From the NCBI RefSeq assembly GCF_022539665.2, contig NC_081333.1, forward strand, positions 620,001 to 684,000: a stretch of DNA of 64,000 nt. The letters run 5' to 3'. Positions 1 through 13,253 of the stretch are shown here, one piece after another. The notes under the pieces were generated by a model, which did not search any database, was not told where the DNA came from, and saw only the letters and a list, made by a program, of their open reading frames with translations. The translations under genes were made by a program, and so were the position numbers. Numbering within the stretch: the stretch's first letter is position 1; every line of letters begins with the position of its first letter. The DNA is from Daphnia carinata. Taxonomy: Eukaryota.

Positions 1-819
1 GGTATAGAAGAAAAAACCTATACTTCGAACGGTTTTTAATTTGATAGTTAAGCACAAATTAAATTGGCATCGATGTAAGCCATAACCAGTGGATAGAGGA
101 CGGAAACGCCCATGTAGTACACCTCATTTTCATGTCAATGAACCGCCTTGTTTGTCTGTTTTTGTGTATCGTTTGTTGTTTGTGTTCGGCGTGTTTGTCT
201 CCATTTGTCTATAGTATCAGGACTCGAAATTTAAACAACCGATTTGGTCGCTCTCAGCTGGCTCCAATGATTTACTGTAGGACCATCTATTTAGTCTACA
301 CAGCCGATCATAAAAGCTGTTCAACGGGATCAAAACATCTAAATCCTTCCAGATCACATAAAGCTTTCTGTCGATTTCCGTTTCAACTTTTATTTACCGA
401 ATTAAGTCTTTAAACGAGGCCGGTCGACAGTTAAACACTAAATCCGCTAATATTTTACCATATCGTAATAACTCCGGACTAGTTGGCGCTAAGCAATATA
501 TCATACTCTAAGCTGGCAATCTCCGACACTTCTAATTGTCGCGAGGATTCTGCAACCAATTGGTGCGAGATTTTAAAATCAAACGGTCTTGTAAGATTGC
601 CTCCCTCGAACATTGAGACAATTTTCGGGTAAGGGATCCTCCGCCCCCAGTTTCTTTTGAAATTCTCAGAATAAAAGACAAGGCATTGCTGAGAAATAAT
701 GTACGCCGAGAAATACTCTTATCAACGGATGAGTGTTAAAACCTGACCGCCCTGATATACGCGCAATTCTTTTTGGGTAGTAATTACAAAAGTTCTAGAA
801 ATTAAATACGTTTTTTTAC

Positions 820-3800
820 CTTCAATGCTGATTTCAGCACAACTATTTCGCCAGCACATTGAATCCAAGGTTCACCGTCCACTTGAATTGGTAGTTCGCT
901 GTTCATACGTATACGAATATGTCCACCCTGTTTGTTTTTTTTTTTTTTTTTTTTTAAAGAAAATGGGTGTTTCAATGTTTGAAGTTAGTTTATCATCTTT
1001 ATGTTAGACCTGTGCAATCCTTATGGCAGAGCGTAGTCCCGACTGAATTTGACCCAAATGGAGGACGCCGGTAACGCCTACAACTTCGAGCATGCCATCC
1101 CAATGATTTGGCACTGAGAACTGGTCGTCACGTTCAAAGCCCCATGGGTTCGCACCCGATCCCCAGCTGAAAATCAAACACCAAGTTAACCAATCTTGAA
1201 TTCATTCTTCCTTCCCTTGAACTATATTACCTTAAAATATTAAGAATGATGATTCCTTCAACAGGTGGTAGTTCCACGATTTTACCGTCTACTTCTAACC
1301 GGATTTCTTTGTGCATGTCTTTGCACATTTTGCGTCCCATCATTTTGCGTATGCCCATTTTAACATAAACGCCCTTGTTATGCAAGCTGGGAAAAAGAGA
1401 AACGAAATTATGTTCCAAAGAGGTGAAACGGATACCTCTTCGTGATACTTTATAAAACGATGCTTGAAAACATATGAATCCATGCAATCACTTACCGGCT
1501 ATTGAACTTATTGGGATTTTCTTCTCGAGCATTATGAAAATCCAGGCAAAGATCGGCGTCGATTCCAATTCCAAAATAGTTGTTCATAACAAATATTTGG
1601 GTGTTGTCCTCGTTGGAAATGGCTGTCGATGTTGACATGACGCCACCTGTTCCACAGCCACCTTTACCGTCCTCAAATAGTTTCTCGTCCGATGGATGAA
1701 AAACCACGGTCCATCTATCAAGTCGAATTTCTTCGGCTTCTATGACATCTCGTAACAAATTAAGGGGATCTTCTCCTCCAGTATAACCTGAATAAACGAA
1801 ATTTTGTTTTTATTAAAGGGTATTTTTTTTTGAATAGTTAACGTTGAAAAGGTACCTGATCCCCAGCGCAAGACGCGGGCCAAATCATTTCCGGTGCCAA
1901 GTGGAACAATTGCACAAGGAGGTGAGGAACATTCGCTGTCCTGACCTACATTGTCGAGGCACTGTAGGACCCATCCAATCGTACCATCGCCACCACACAC
2001 CAGAATACGGTAATCCTTAACGTGGCGGAAGACGTAAAGGCCCGGCAAAGGGCCGCCGATGTCAAGATCATAAACTTGATATGGATTTAGGAGCTTACGA
2101 AAGCTCGTCACAAGCTCAAGGCCTTGGCAACCACCGGATTTAACGTTCACAAAAACCAGAAGAGGCTGCACTCCGGGAGGAATCAGTTGAGGTATTATGT
2201 TTGGCAACAGAGCGGCTATTGTAAAATAATTTTTAAAAAAACAAAACAAAAAAGAGGGTTAGATTTCATAAGTAAAAAGGTAGTAAACAAGTTTTTGTTG
2301 GTACCTGATAGGCTGCGTTCCTCGTACGTTGCATCTTTCAAAATATAGCAAGCCTGTATGGCATCATCGAAATTCTGATAGGTTAACACCATTGAACCAT
2401 ACTCATAATAAATTGGTCCGATAGAAGAGTATTTATTATCTGGATAAAAATTTGGAAAGGGTTTTTTAAATGAAAATATTCACGTTTGCAAAAATGAAGA
2501 TAATGATCTACTACCTTTCCCTAGAATGTCCAGAAGGATCTTCTCATACTGACGCTGAGAAAGATTGAACGGCAAATTGCTAACAAACACAGCCAAGTTT
2601 TCACTGCATGGAACTTCTTTCGGTTGAAGGTAAAACCGAGTACGTTGCATCTGACGAAGGGATTCACGCCCGATCTGCTTCAGTGACTCCCAAGGAATTT
2701 CGTCTCGAGCAAGAACTCGTTCGGAAACTATTGATTTATCAATGCGAATTGTCGTCACAGATGGAATGCAAGAAAACAAGAAAAACAAATGGATAAATAT
2801 AGAATTTGTTTAGAAAATTAGTTTAGTTAAATAAAAAATAGATTACCTCCTTTGTGCATGATGATTTCAGTAACAGAAAAATCTTCCGGGTTTGCAGATT
2901 CCAATCCGAAGAGGGGCAGCGATTCGCTGAGCAAACTAGCGGCGCTGGTACCACTGCTAACCGGTACAAGCTTGGGAGATTCAGACACTTGTAACCTTCC
3001 CGCATGAACGCGGACCCAACCGGAATCGGTTGATTCACTGGTTTATCAATATTGCAAAAGGAAGGCAAACAAAATTAAGAATCGCCATTAGCTTAAAGGT
3101 TTAATGCTGGGAAATCTCGAAACCATTCCCTTGTGCGTCTTTTCTCGCGGATCGTGTTACAGATATCAGGTGAACTTAAGCATGAACTGTCATATTAACT
3201 AAATGTTGTTAATCAAATACGTCGTAAATAATTCAAATTAAATGTCGGACATTTTAAAAACCGGTCTGTTCGGGTGGCAGTTTGGCTGACATAACAGACA
3301 TTAATTAGAACATTAATGTCTGTTATGTCAGCCCTTGATTTACTAACATATTATCATAATATTAAATTTCATCAAAAGCGTTGCTACTCTGAAAGAGCTT
3401 GAATTTTAAACAAATGCAATGGATTTTAAGTCTCAATTTAGCATCTAGTAGGCAATTTCGGTCGAAGTTACTCCCCCTTGCCTCCAGATTGCAGAAAAAG
3501 TCAAACGATGGAAAATCCTACCGAAAACGAAGTAATAGGGCTGGCTTCCTCCCGTCCACTCGTGTCAGTAAAGGTATCGGGTAGGGCTCCTCAATTTCCT
3601 TCTCGGAATTTCCGCACAGATCTGTAAGATAATAGTCTCCTGTGAAATGAAAAAAAAAAAAAAACATTAGAAATGTTAAGGAAAGCCTAGAGCCGATTCT
3701 CTACGCTAACGCGATAATATCATTCATACATCAGTAAATAATAACAAGACACGTAGTTGATTACCAGGATCTCCTGTCAGGTGAAATGCCCACATAGCAG

Positions 3801-6800
3801 CTGCGACTAGTTGTTCAACACTGGTGTGTCGGGGAACGGAGATCAGTTTGTAGCTATGGTGGCGAAACGAAGCGATCCCATCGTACACTTTAATTAATTC
3901 TAAAAAGAGAATAAAAATAAATAATTGGAATTTTTAAAAATTCTGTTGAAGTCGAAATGAACCTTCATCCCGGTCGTCGCGCTCCCTTGATCGATCTCGT
4001 TCTCGGCTTTGACTATAATTATCATCACTTTCACGGAATGACTTATTGGCAGCTTCACCACCACCGCTGGAAAAATCTTCTGAAATGCTCCGGGCTAAGG
4101 CATGAAACAAGAAACAAAAAAGTCAAAGTTATAGTTAAAGTTATAATTGTTGAACAGTATAACTATTCGTAGCCATGGTGGTAAAAAGAAAAAATAAACT
4201 AAATGGCATCAAGATGAATGCCATTATTACACAGGTAAAATGTAACACGCACTCATATTACTGATACATATTAAAGATCAACAGCCTATTGTTGGGGTAA
4301 CAGTAAAGTGGTTAACATGAGGCTGGAAGGTAAATTTTTATTTACTGCACTTCTATCATTTAATTTGCAATTTCATCCAAAATTAGGCTACTGCGTTGAA
4401 TGCCGAGAGCTATTATGTTGCGTTATGAGATACCCATTATCGCATCGTTCATTATTCAATACTGTATTGCCTACTTGATTGTCACGTCATTATCATTGCA
4501 ATTATTGAATCATAGGCCATCTGCATTCTAGTTTATTTATTGGCTGTTGCCATGGTTCCATGGAGTTCTGGCCAAGTGCTCTAGGTACTTCTTATATGTC
4601 AGCAGAAAAGAGGAGGCTCAAACGTAGCAGTATGAAATGCGTAATTAACTGTTTGATTAAGAACTATAATGCTACGCCATACGAATCCAAATGACTGCTG
4701 ATTTTTGGAAATCAATTTATAAACTATTAGCAGTACCTGGGCGACAAGGCGTAAAATACGTTATGGGGAAAAAAGTTTATCCTTTGAACTTTTACATTGA
4801 TGCGGAAAATGTAATCAAGCGATACGAAAGAAATTCAATTTAAGCTGCCTTTCTGGTATGTTACAAAAGAAAATGCTCCACCTACATAGTTGTGCACTGA
4901 AGACAACGTTTACTATGGGCTAAAGGGCAAGCGAAACTGATAGTTCGAGGAATTGATAATTCGTATTTGAAGATTCGTTGTTCTGCAGAATCAAATGGTT
5001 CCTCCGTACACGGGTTGGAAATAGAGAAAACTGAGAGCTGGTTTGTACAACCCTTCCTAATGTCATGTTTAGCTAAATTTACTTTGAAATAAAACATTAC
5101 CCAATTAAAAATGTGACTCAAATATTCATGTAGAAGAGTAGCCAAACAAATGTTCCCATTAATCTTCTCAAGTGAAGTTTCTTTCGTACGAAATCAGGTG
5201 ATTATCTTCTATTTGTATAGCTATTACCGAGCGTCCTGCTGATGAATTTGTGGAATCAATATTTCAAAAATGCACAACAGTAGTGACACGAATGTACGTT
5301 GCTTTATGTTTTTCTGTAACGATTGTTCAGCACGCATCATTTTCACGAACATCAGATTTTCCCGACTTTAAACTAAACTATTTGATTCTACAAGATACGA
5401 TTCAATCCCTATATAAGAATGAAAATAAATATTCATTTTCATAATTAAATTAGGATGAATCTAACGCATCAACGTTATCAAATTTCGCTTATCCAACTTC
5501 AGTATTATAACGAGAAAAATATCACTTAGGGTGAAAAACACGTTTAACAGATTCAAGTTCGCCTACACCCAGTGAATCTTTTCTATGTATCGATAATTAA
5601 TGACAAGCAAGGTAAACTCATTTAGCATTAAAGTACTTACGTGATGCTGTTTCTCTCCTCCTTGGCTGTGATCCTATCAGCGTTTCCAATGCGACTGTAT
5701 GGCAGTTATTACTAACGGCGTGCGGTGGAAGAAGACTTGGCGCAAGGACCCCATAATTGCATTCGGGATTTACTGATTTGTAACACATGGAATGAACCTG
5801 CATAGACATGTAGGCAAAAGGAAAAAGCCGATTAGTTACTGAAATACTACCGGTATGCTGTTATAAACGAATTGGACGAATAATAAGTGATACACGTATG
5901 CCAAAAATATCGGATAAACGAGTATGGTTTTTGGCCTTTTTAAATTGGGGTTTTATGGCGGGACGATGTTTCTTGCGCGATTGGATATTTTTTGCCCCTA
6001 CTCTATATTTTCTGGTAATAAATTAAAACTATGCAGGTAAATTCATTTGCTACAGCGTCTCACAAGAGTCAATATTTCTTTTTTTTTTTTTTTTTATGCA
6101 TAAAAGGTTCATTTACCGCAAATCCACACCATTCACATTTCCATCCTGCAAGACATTCAGCACTCCAACACGATTTTCGGCAATATATACACTTCGCGCC
6201 AGTTGGCAAATTTCCCTCTCGCCAGTAGTGGGTAGGCCGAATATCCTCCAATGTCCACCCAGGTGTGTAGGTAGAAGCTTGGCGACAGTTTGGCAGGGCT
6301 CCATCTTGGCACTCGGCATGCACGTGATAGTCACAAACTAAGGAATAGAAAAAAAAATGTCCTGATTCAAGTGGGTTCATGAGGAATTAACATTTCGTTA
6401 AGATGAATGTTATAATTTCTCTTATTAAACATCTAACTCAGGTAATTTTTCTAAAATTTCATTCCAGGAAGCAGAATTTAAATTTGGTGATGGGACGAGA
6501 AAAGTTTATTTTTATTGTATTTTTTTTTTTACTTCTTACCTTCACACCGAAATGAATAGGTGTCATCCAGACGCTTTCGGCACACGTTACAAAACCGTCG
6601 CTTTTGACTGTGGTGGTTAGATTCTGCCCAAAAGTGCGCGACTGGTGTCTGAAAACAAGGACAAAAAAAAAAAAATAATTTACTGAAAGAATGCATTTGA
6701 ATTGAGAGACGAACATCTTCGAAAAGGATGTGTCAGCTCAGCAGACATTAAATTCATTTCATTTCACAAAACATAGCATAACATGACACTGCTATTATGA

Positions 6801-9800
6801 TAACTTTCACATTTTTCTGTTTTGTTGCTTTAAGAGGGAAAAACATGGTACTGTTCTCTATAAAAAGACCAAGAAGATGATGTGGTGCCTCTGGTTTGCT
6901 AGTCCTACAATACATAAACCTACCCTGTTTTGTCCCCAAAAATCTTGAACAGCATTTTACAACTAATCCTACCCCTTCTCCTCCCTGACAAAAAGAAAAC
7001 AATTTTCAGAAACCTCCCAAGAAAGTTCGCTGTTCTGTATCACAATACCCCAGGAAAACCCTCAATCCTGGATGCTCTCAACATGCAAATTTTGTTGCCA
7101 TGAAAATTTCTGGAAAAGCTACGTTTGACAGTCAGAGGGGAAATATCTTTTTGGGCAAGGTATGTACACATACGAAGGCATTTTCTAGCTTTTTGTATTT
7201 CTTACCTATTGATAACTTTTATGATCAGGTAACTCACATTTCTTTTGGTTTTTTTCTACCTTCTCTCGCCATTAACACACCAGAGCTGCGACGTGAAAAA
7301 CTCCATATTCAAAAAATACTTTGACATATGCCTTCACTTTTTAAAAACTTGATACTGAATATGTTTTTTGCAAACATGAAACATGCATGACGTCCAGTTT
7401 CAGTATTACCATGACACTACCTATGTGCATCTTCTGGAAAGAATGTGTGTTAGATCCCCTAGGTGGCTCTTTAAGCGACATCCCGTCGAAAGATAGGAGA
7501 CAGATGTAAATAAAGTATAAAACAGACAGGATATGGATACACTAGCAGACAAATAGAAAATGCTATTTACGTAGAAAGGCACAACCGGGATTCTATGACT
7601 GCTCCTGGTGACCCCAAGAGCTAATGAAAGTCCAAAAAGATTCGCAGGAAAAAAAAAAAAAAAAAGGAGACCATACTGAGCAATGTTAATAAAGAGGCAA
7701 TGTTTCGGTCAAAACTATATTTTTGGTGTCTGCTTTTCTTTGAAACTTTGGAAACGTTCGCCATGATTTGCTTTGTTTAACCCTACATGTCTTTAAATCC
7801 ACCCCCTCATAAACCTCGTCTCTTCATCGTTTTCGTAAATTAGCTTTTCGTGTAAAATGACAAGAAAAAAAACAACAACAGTGGGACGCTTAATCGAACA
7901 ATCGACATGATTGTTGTAGCATGTAGAGATCCTACAGCTTAATTCACAGTTCAGGTAACCATAATTAGATTTTTTTGCGCCGCAATAAATCAGAGATCCA
8001 ATTACGTTGATTATGTATCCTTACTTTTGAAATTTATTGAGCTGCCCTTTTTTCTCAAATATTTATAGGTAGGTCATTGCTTCCTCTCTTAGTATCGGTC
8101 ACGACACGCGTGTAGCATGAAACTTTTCAGTCTGACAGACGTACATCCGTCTACTACCTAGCTACCATCCAACTGACTTGTGATTAATACTAAACATTCA
8201 ACTAATCAGCTATCTAAATAAGTCTACATTTCGCCGATGAGGTTTGCTCGGCTATATCTTCTCCCCCGCTGTAGCACATTCCGTCTCGAAAAATTCTACA
8301 TCAGGCTTCGAAAATCGTTGATCGATGAAGAAGTAGCAACAGCAGCCGCGCCGCCGCGAGGCTAAAGAGATGGATCCGCACGATGAACGACCCTCCCTTC
8401 CCCAGCAGAATCAGTGATTTGGTGTAGTTCACAGATCGATAACGCGGTAGACGAGAGAAAGAGAACGAGTTACCATGGCAACCCTTGGAAGGATACAGCT
8501 GAATCCTGCTACCTCTGAGAAAGCAAAGATTTTGACATGGAATATTTTCCGTCTGACAAAGATTGCCCGAATTGATTGCACAAGTACTCACGAAAATTGT
8601 CCGTTTAACTATGAAAACTTGAAATGTTAGTCATAATGGGTCGCAACTTAAAAGTTCTGCTGCTCAATCTCTTAAATTATTCGGCGAAAAATAATCTTTT
8701 GTAATGGAACGGTATAACACGGCAGCAATCAACGGCCTTGAATCAATACACTGACTTTTTGTCTCGGAATTATTCCTTAATTCGATACTATTTTTGGCTT
8801 AGAAAATTGAACACGATAATGAATTGCTGGAAGAAAAACCCCGACATGGTACGGTTTGCGCATTGATGCGATTGATGTATGCCATAACTCTTTTAGACAC
8901 AAGCCATATTTTTTGATAAGGAGAACGTGGTTTTGCAAAACGAAAAATTTCAAGGAAATTGCGACGGTGATAAAGAATTTGAAAAAAGCAAATTATTACA
9001 TTGCCTTGTGGGAAAAAATGCAACGAGAATCGTGAGGCTTATAAAACCATGGCCGCTATATATTATCATACCATGAAATAAGGAATAACAGTACTTTTTC
9101 AAAGCATTCAGTGATAATAATAATTTTAAACATTAACAACTAGATCAAATTAATTCCAAGCAGAAAACTTAGCCTACCTCGATAAGTGCCGTAGCGATGT
9201 GGATACATGGTGACACAACTCCCTTAAGGCAGCGATCGTGCACGACGAAATTGCAAACTGGAATCGTTAAGATACCATTAGATTTTGGGTTCTTTTCTGC
9301 GTTGCTTAGCCTAGATCAACGAACGATTCGCTAATAATTATGCTACTTCATCGTAATTTATTTATAGTTTTGTTAGCTGTTGCACCACGGCACTTACTCG
9401 AAGAATCGTGAGATATAAATCGAATCGAACTATAATATTTCTATATTATAAGTTGAAGAGACAGTTAAATTAAAACATCTAGCTAACAAAAGTACTCTTC
9501 TTTACTAAGTGTAAATTTACGGAGACCTATTATTCAGACAAAAAAAATCCACTTTAAATTCTTCTTCTTTCAAAGGTGTTTCTATGCGCCTCGTATACTT
9601 TTTCAGAGTCAAATACAAAGCTGCATTTTGTAAAACCTAGTTTTTGAATTATGATGGTTGCAGAATATTGACTGTATGGCCACAAGAATATGGTAAATGT
9701 TCCACAAAAAATGTCAGAAACATATGGCAATTTTGGCTTGGGTTATGTTCCGCGCAATTCATTCGAGCTATTTGCGTGAGTAAAATAAATGGCATAATAG

Positions 9801-11757
9801 TAGGTACAAAATAAACCTGAAATGTCCGTGCCGGATTTTTGGGCCTTTGTCAAGGTACACACCGCTACTGTCTATTTCTATTTAGAGATGATGACTTTTT
9901 CATGCAAGCTTCCAACTCCAGCTACACGCTTCTCCGTTCCATCAATAGTTGGCCGCAAATTATATTTGGAACACTTCTATCTAACGCAGCTGCACAGCCT
10001 TTTCTCCCATATTATGACCCTATGCCAGCTACAGGAACATGTTTTTCGGCGATGCTGCGTTAACGAAAAGAATGACGAAATCGCGGTTGACAACCGACTA
10101 GAAAAACAGTTCTCGAAAAAAAGAGAAAACTTCTTTTCTGACTAAAATGTTACAAACATTACAGAATTTCCGCTTCTCTCTTTGTACATCTCTCGGGATT
10201 TCTAGGTTCAAAGTTTTTCATTGAAAACAAAAAACCAAATTGAGTACTGTTTGAAAAACTTCAGTTTACAAATCCTAAGCGGGGTATCAAACCTAGTGAG
10301 CAAAAAAAAAAAAATGTGAAATTCAAAACATCGTACAATCGGGTTGACTAACTCTCGAACATGACAACGTTTAAAACGAAAATAGCACCCGTCGTTAAAG
10401 TTAGTCGTTAATAAGTAAATTCGTTGATAGCCTAGGCGAACAATTATTCTTGGTTTTAAAAATAAAAAATTTTAACCCACTGCTACAAATATTTCGGACA
10501 TTATCAAACGGAAACAGAATAAAGGTTAAAGGAATACGAATTTCACTATCTCCTCGTTATTGGAAAATCAATTTGCAGCGACTGACTTCACGTATGTTTC
10601 GATCCTTTTCTATTTCACTACGAAGTCTTTTTTTGTGTACAGTTTAGCACGTCGAAAAACGTAAAAGACGCACAACTTTTGGCCGTCGAAAAATATCCAT
10701 AATTATATTTGTCAAACTCGAAGCTCAGGTTGATGGTCTACTCGACGAGAAATGCAGGCTTTACGTTGCTTTCCAGATGAAAATCAATACATCCACCGCC
10801 TCTTCTTTTCTATACATCCCTTGCATTTCCCAAGTTCGCTCTTCTTGTTTATCTCTCCCCAGTTGACAGAACCTTCTATTCCTCTTTTTTTTTCGTCTTT
10901 GCGTCACCTTCATTTGTTTTTTAACTATTGTATTTTCCAGTTTTACTCAACATCTCCTTCTTTTTAGCTTTGCTAAATGCCTCTCACCAAAAACAGTCAA
11001 TGACTAGCTAATGTCTATGTGCATAAAACAATTATTTTCATCCCTACACGTTTTTTTGTGTACGTCGATTAGACGCTTTAAAAAAATGGATAAACCATAT
11101 TCAACCGATTAAGGTTTGGACCATAAACCTGTTCATCGTTCTATAAAACCGGTAAGGAAGGGAGAAGAGAAACCTACAAATGGCAATAAAATACACAACA
11201 GACTATTTCGGTATGTTATATACAGAAAAATAAACATCTGAAAACAAAAATTATTTGTCAATTCCTGTGTAGGCTACGAATTTATTTTGAATATTGCCAT
11301 ACGTATAGCATTAGGTTTCCTATAACTCTTGGGCGAATTTTCCAAAATGTTCGAAGAATATTTTGAGTTGACAACTCCAAATAGATTCCCTCAACTGTTA
11401 TTTTGCTAGTGGAATCGATTACTCAAACTTATTATTACTATTTGATTTTTAAAATGTCACATCAAATATATGTACTTTAATCCAGAGTTCAACTTATTTT
11501 TAAGGAATCGCTGTTTTAATAAAAACGCTAGAATATATGTCCTCGTGGAAAACATAATGTGTGATTGCACAAAAAGATATCTAGAACGATTGAAAACGAA
11601 AATTTTAAATACCTTCACAAACGTATCCTTGTCCAAGAAGTCCCCATACCAAATCAGAACAATGGTGGCAATAAGATGGCTTGTGAAAATTTTTCTTCAG
11701 GAAGTAATGTCCATGACTCCCTGTTGTTGGCCATTGATCATCTCCGCCAGCTGCCAT
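820..11757 (-). CDS. DGKQ: Diacylglycerol kinase theta (3 C1 domains, RA-like regions, RRM-like segment, DAGK catalytic and accessory domains); 3'-partial
   Basis: Manually spliced GT-AG exons on the minus strand: 11757-11613, 9257-9178, 6648-6540, 6337-6117, 5797-5641, 4094-3963, 3899-3765, 3639-3522, 3037-2847, 2727-2515, 2439-2305, 2215-1856, 1787-1496, 1386-1231, 1166-1010, 927-820. They total 2709 nt (903 codons) with consistent phases. Motifs: [35 protein letters not shown] (C1), HYWREGNLP (C1), [54 protein letters not shown]. No stop codon is reached; a minus-strand polypyrimidine tract at bases ~1-18 suggests the last exon starts just outside the window. Confidence 0.95.
3284..3333. 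repeat. Perfect 22-bp inverted repeat with 6-nt spacer (intronic hairpin)
   Basis: GGCTGACATAACAGACATTAAT-TAGAAC-ATTAATGTCTGTTATGTCAGCC, inside the DGK intron 3038-3521. Confidence 0.9.
8469..8482. promoter_or_regulatory. Candidate RFX X-box
   Basis: GTTACCATGGCAAC matches the 14-bp X-box consensus GTTNCCATGGNAAC. It lies in a GC-richer patch of DGK intron 2. Confidence 0.45.
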
Positions 11758-12582
11758 TTTTCTTGACAACTTGGCGGTGACAATATTTTCGGTTAACTTT
11801 ATAAGACTGCGTTCAACGTCGCCGTTCGTTTAGTGTGGTGTAGGATGCATTATTTGCAGCACACGATGCATCAGACTCATTTGCAGGGTTCCGCCGAACA
11901 AAACACTTTTACTTAAGGGTGAACATTTAATGCTGAGACACGTAACAGAGTCGCCTTCCTCACATCCTTGTTGTTAACTTTTCCTGAATTATCGCTTTTT
12001 CATCAGTACCAACAATAATATATACTTGATTTTTTCCTCCAACCTTGACAACCTGGTTTCCTTAGTACAAAAGTCACTGCCAGCAATCACATTGCAGGTC
12101 CTCTCCGAGTTACAGTGTGATACTGCACCAAACCAGTCCAGAAATGGGTGGGTTACACAAGTATAGCAGTAACACTCTAAAGGCCCGTCTGGCTCATGCG
12201 ACAGGCCGATTTCAAAACAAGACAAACCACACTGAGATGCGATATGAACGCCACACTTTCCGGTAGACTATCGTGCACTGAGAACGAAATATTAGGATTG
12301 GGTGTTCTTTGTTGAAACATAACCAAGACTAGTAGTTTCCTCTATTACGGGGAGTTTGTGAGGTAATCTCATTTTTCACTTGACGATGAAAGAAAAATAA
12401 AGTAGGTAGACACGGATCACGTTATCCCTAAAACACACCCTTTCTTATCTTTAGAGTTACTCTGTCTCTTGCATCCCAAAGTAATAAGCTCACGATTTTT
12501 ATTCTCATGTCTATCACCCACACAATCTCAACAGGAACTGGAATATTGTGGGTATAGAACTACGGTCGAATAGCCGCAGATA

Positions 12583-12595
12583 TGCCACCTGGTGG
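12583..12595 (-). promoter_or_regulatory. Candidate CTCF core site
   Basis: The minus strand reads CCACCAGGTGGCA, between the DGK start and the TSEN2 3' end. Motif match only. Confidence 0.35.
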
Positions 12596-13253
12596 TAAGA
12601 GTAAATGTACAGTTATTGTCATAAATGTATGTTTCGTTTAGGATTAAAAAAAAAAATAATACGCGTCATAATTTATTTAGGGGGATACTTAGTCAACAAC
12701 TCTGTGGTATTATTTACTAAAACAAATTCGGGGATGGTAAGACTGCTGGTATAGTATAGATGGCAACACATTGGTCCATGCTCCATGGGTTTTCTTTTTT
12801 TTACTTGTGTTTCTGCCCAGCGATCTCCACTACATCGATGGCGGACATGTTTGAAATCCAAGAATCACATCGGGCTGAACTAGAGAATGCTCGTTCGCTG
12901 CTTCCAGCATTTGTACACGAATATACCTCAACACAACATACGATCAATACCATAATAAATTTTCTGTATTTCTTGTACTTAAACATTACACATACCCACA
13001 AAAATGTATTGGGAAGTACTAGTAGATTACTAATCAGAAAAGATCAACATCATCCTTGGTCAAGTTAAAGGTAGATCACAGAGCATAGAGGGTTCTAAGA
13101 TTATTACCCAGCACACTGATACATTTTATTATTGATTATCTGATTGATGTGAATATTTGATCCTTTAACTCCTTCATTGCTGCTACATTCATCCAGTCCC
13201 AGAGTTGCAACACTTACGTCATTCAACACACCTGATGGGGCTCATTTCATGAG

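Noticed and set aside
480..664. Open minus-strand frame after a possible acceptor, as the terminal DGK exon
   Set aside because: No resemblance to the usual DGK-theta continuation after KSALK; the polypyrimidine tract at the window edge is a better candidate.
11470..11780. Plus-strand ORFs of 98 and 71 aa
   Set aside because: They are antisense to the first DGK coding exon (11613-11757).
13211..13217. Strong minus-strand donor GTAAGTG 36 nt after the TSEN2 stop (possible read-through splicing toward DGK)
   Set aside because: A minus-strand AATAAA at ~13125-13130 offers normal termination and no partner acceptor could be tied to it. RNA-seq would be needed.
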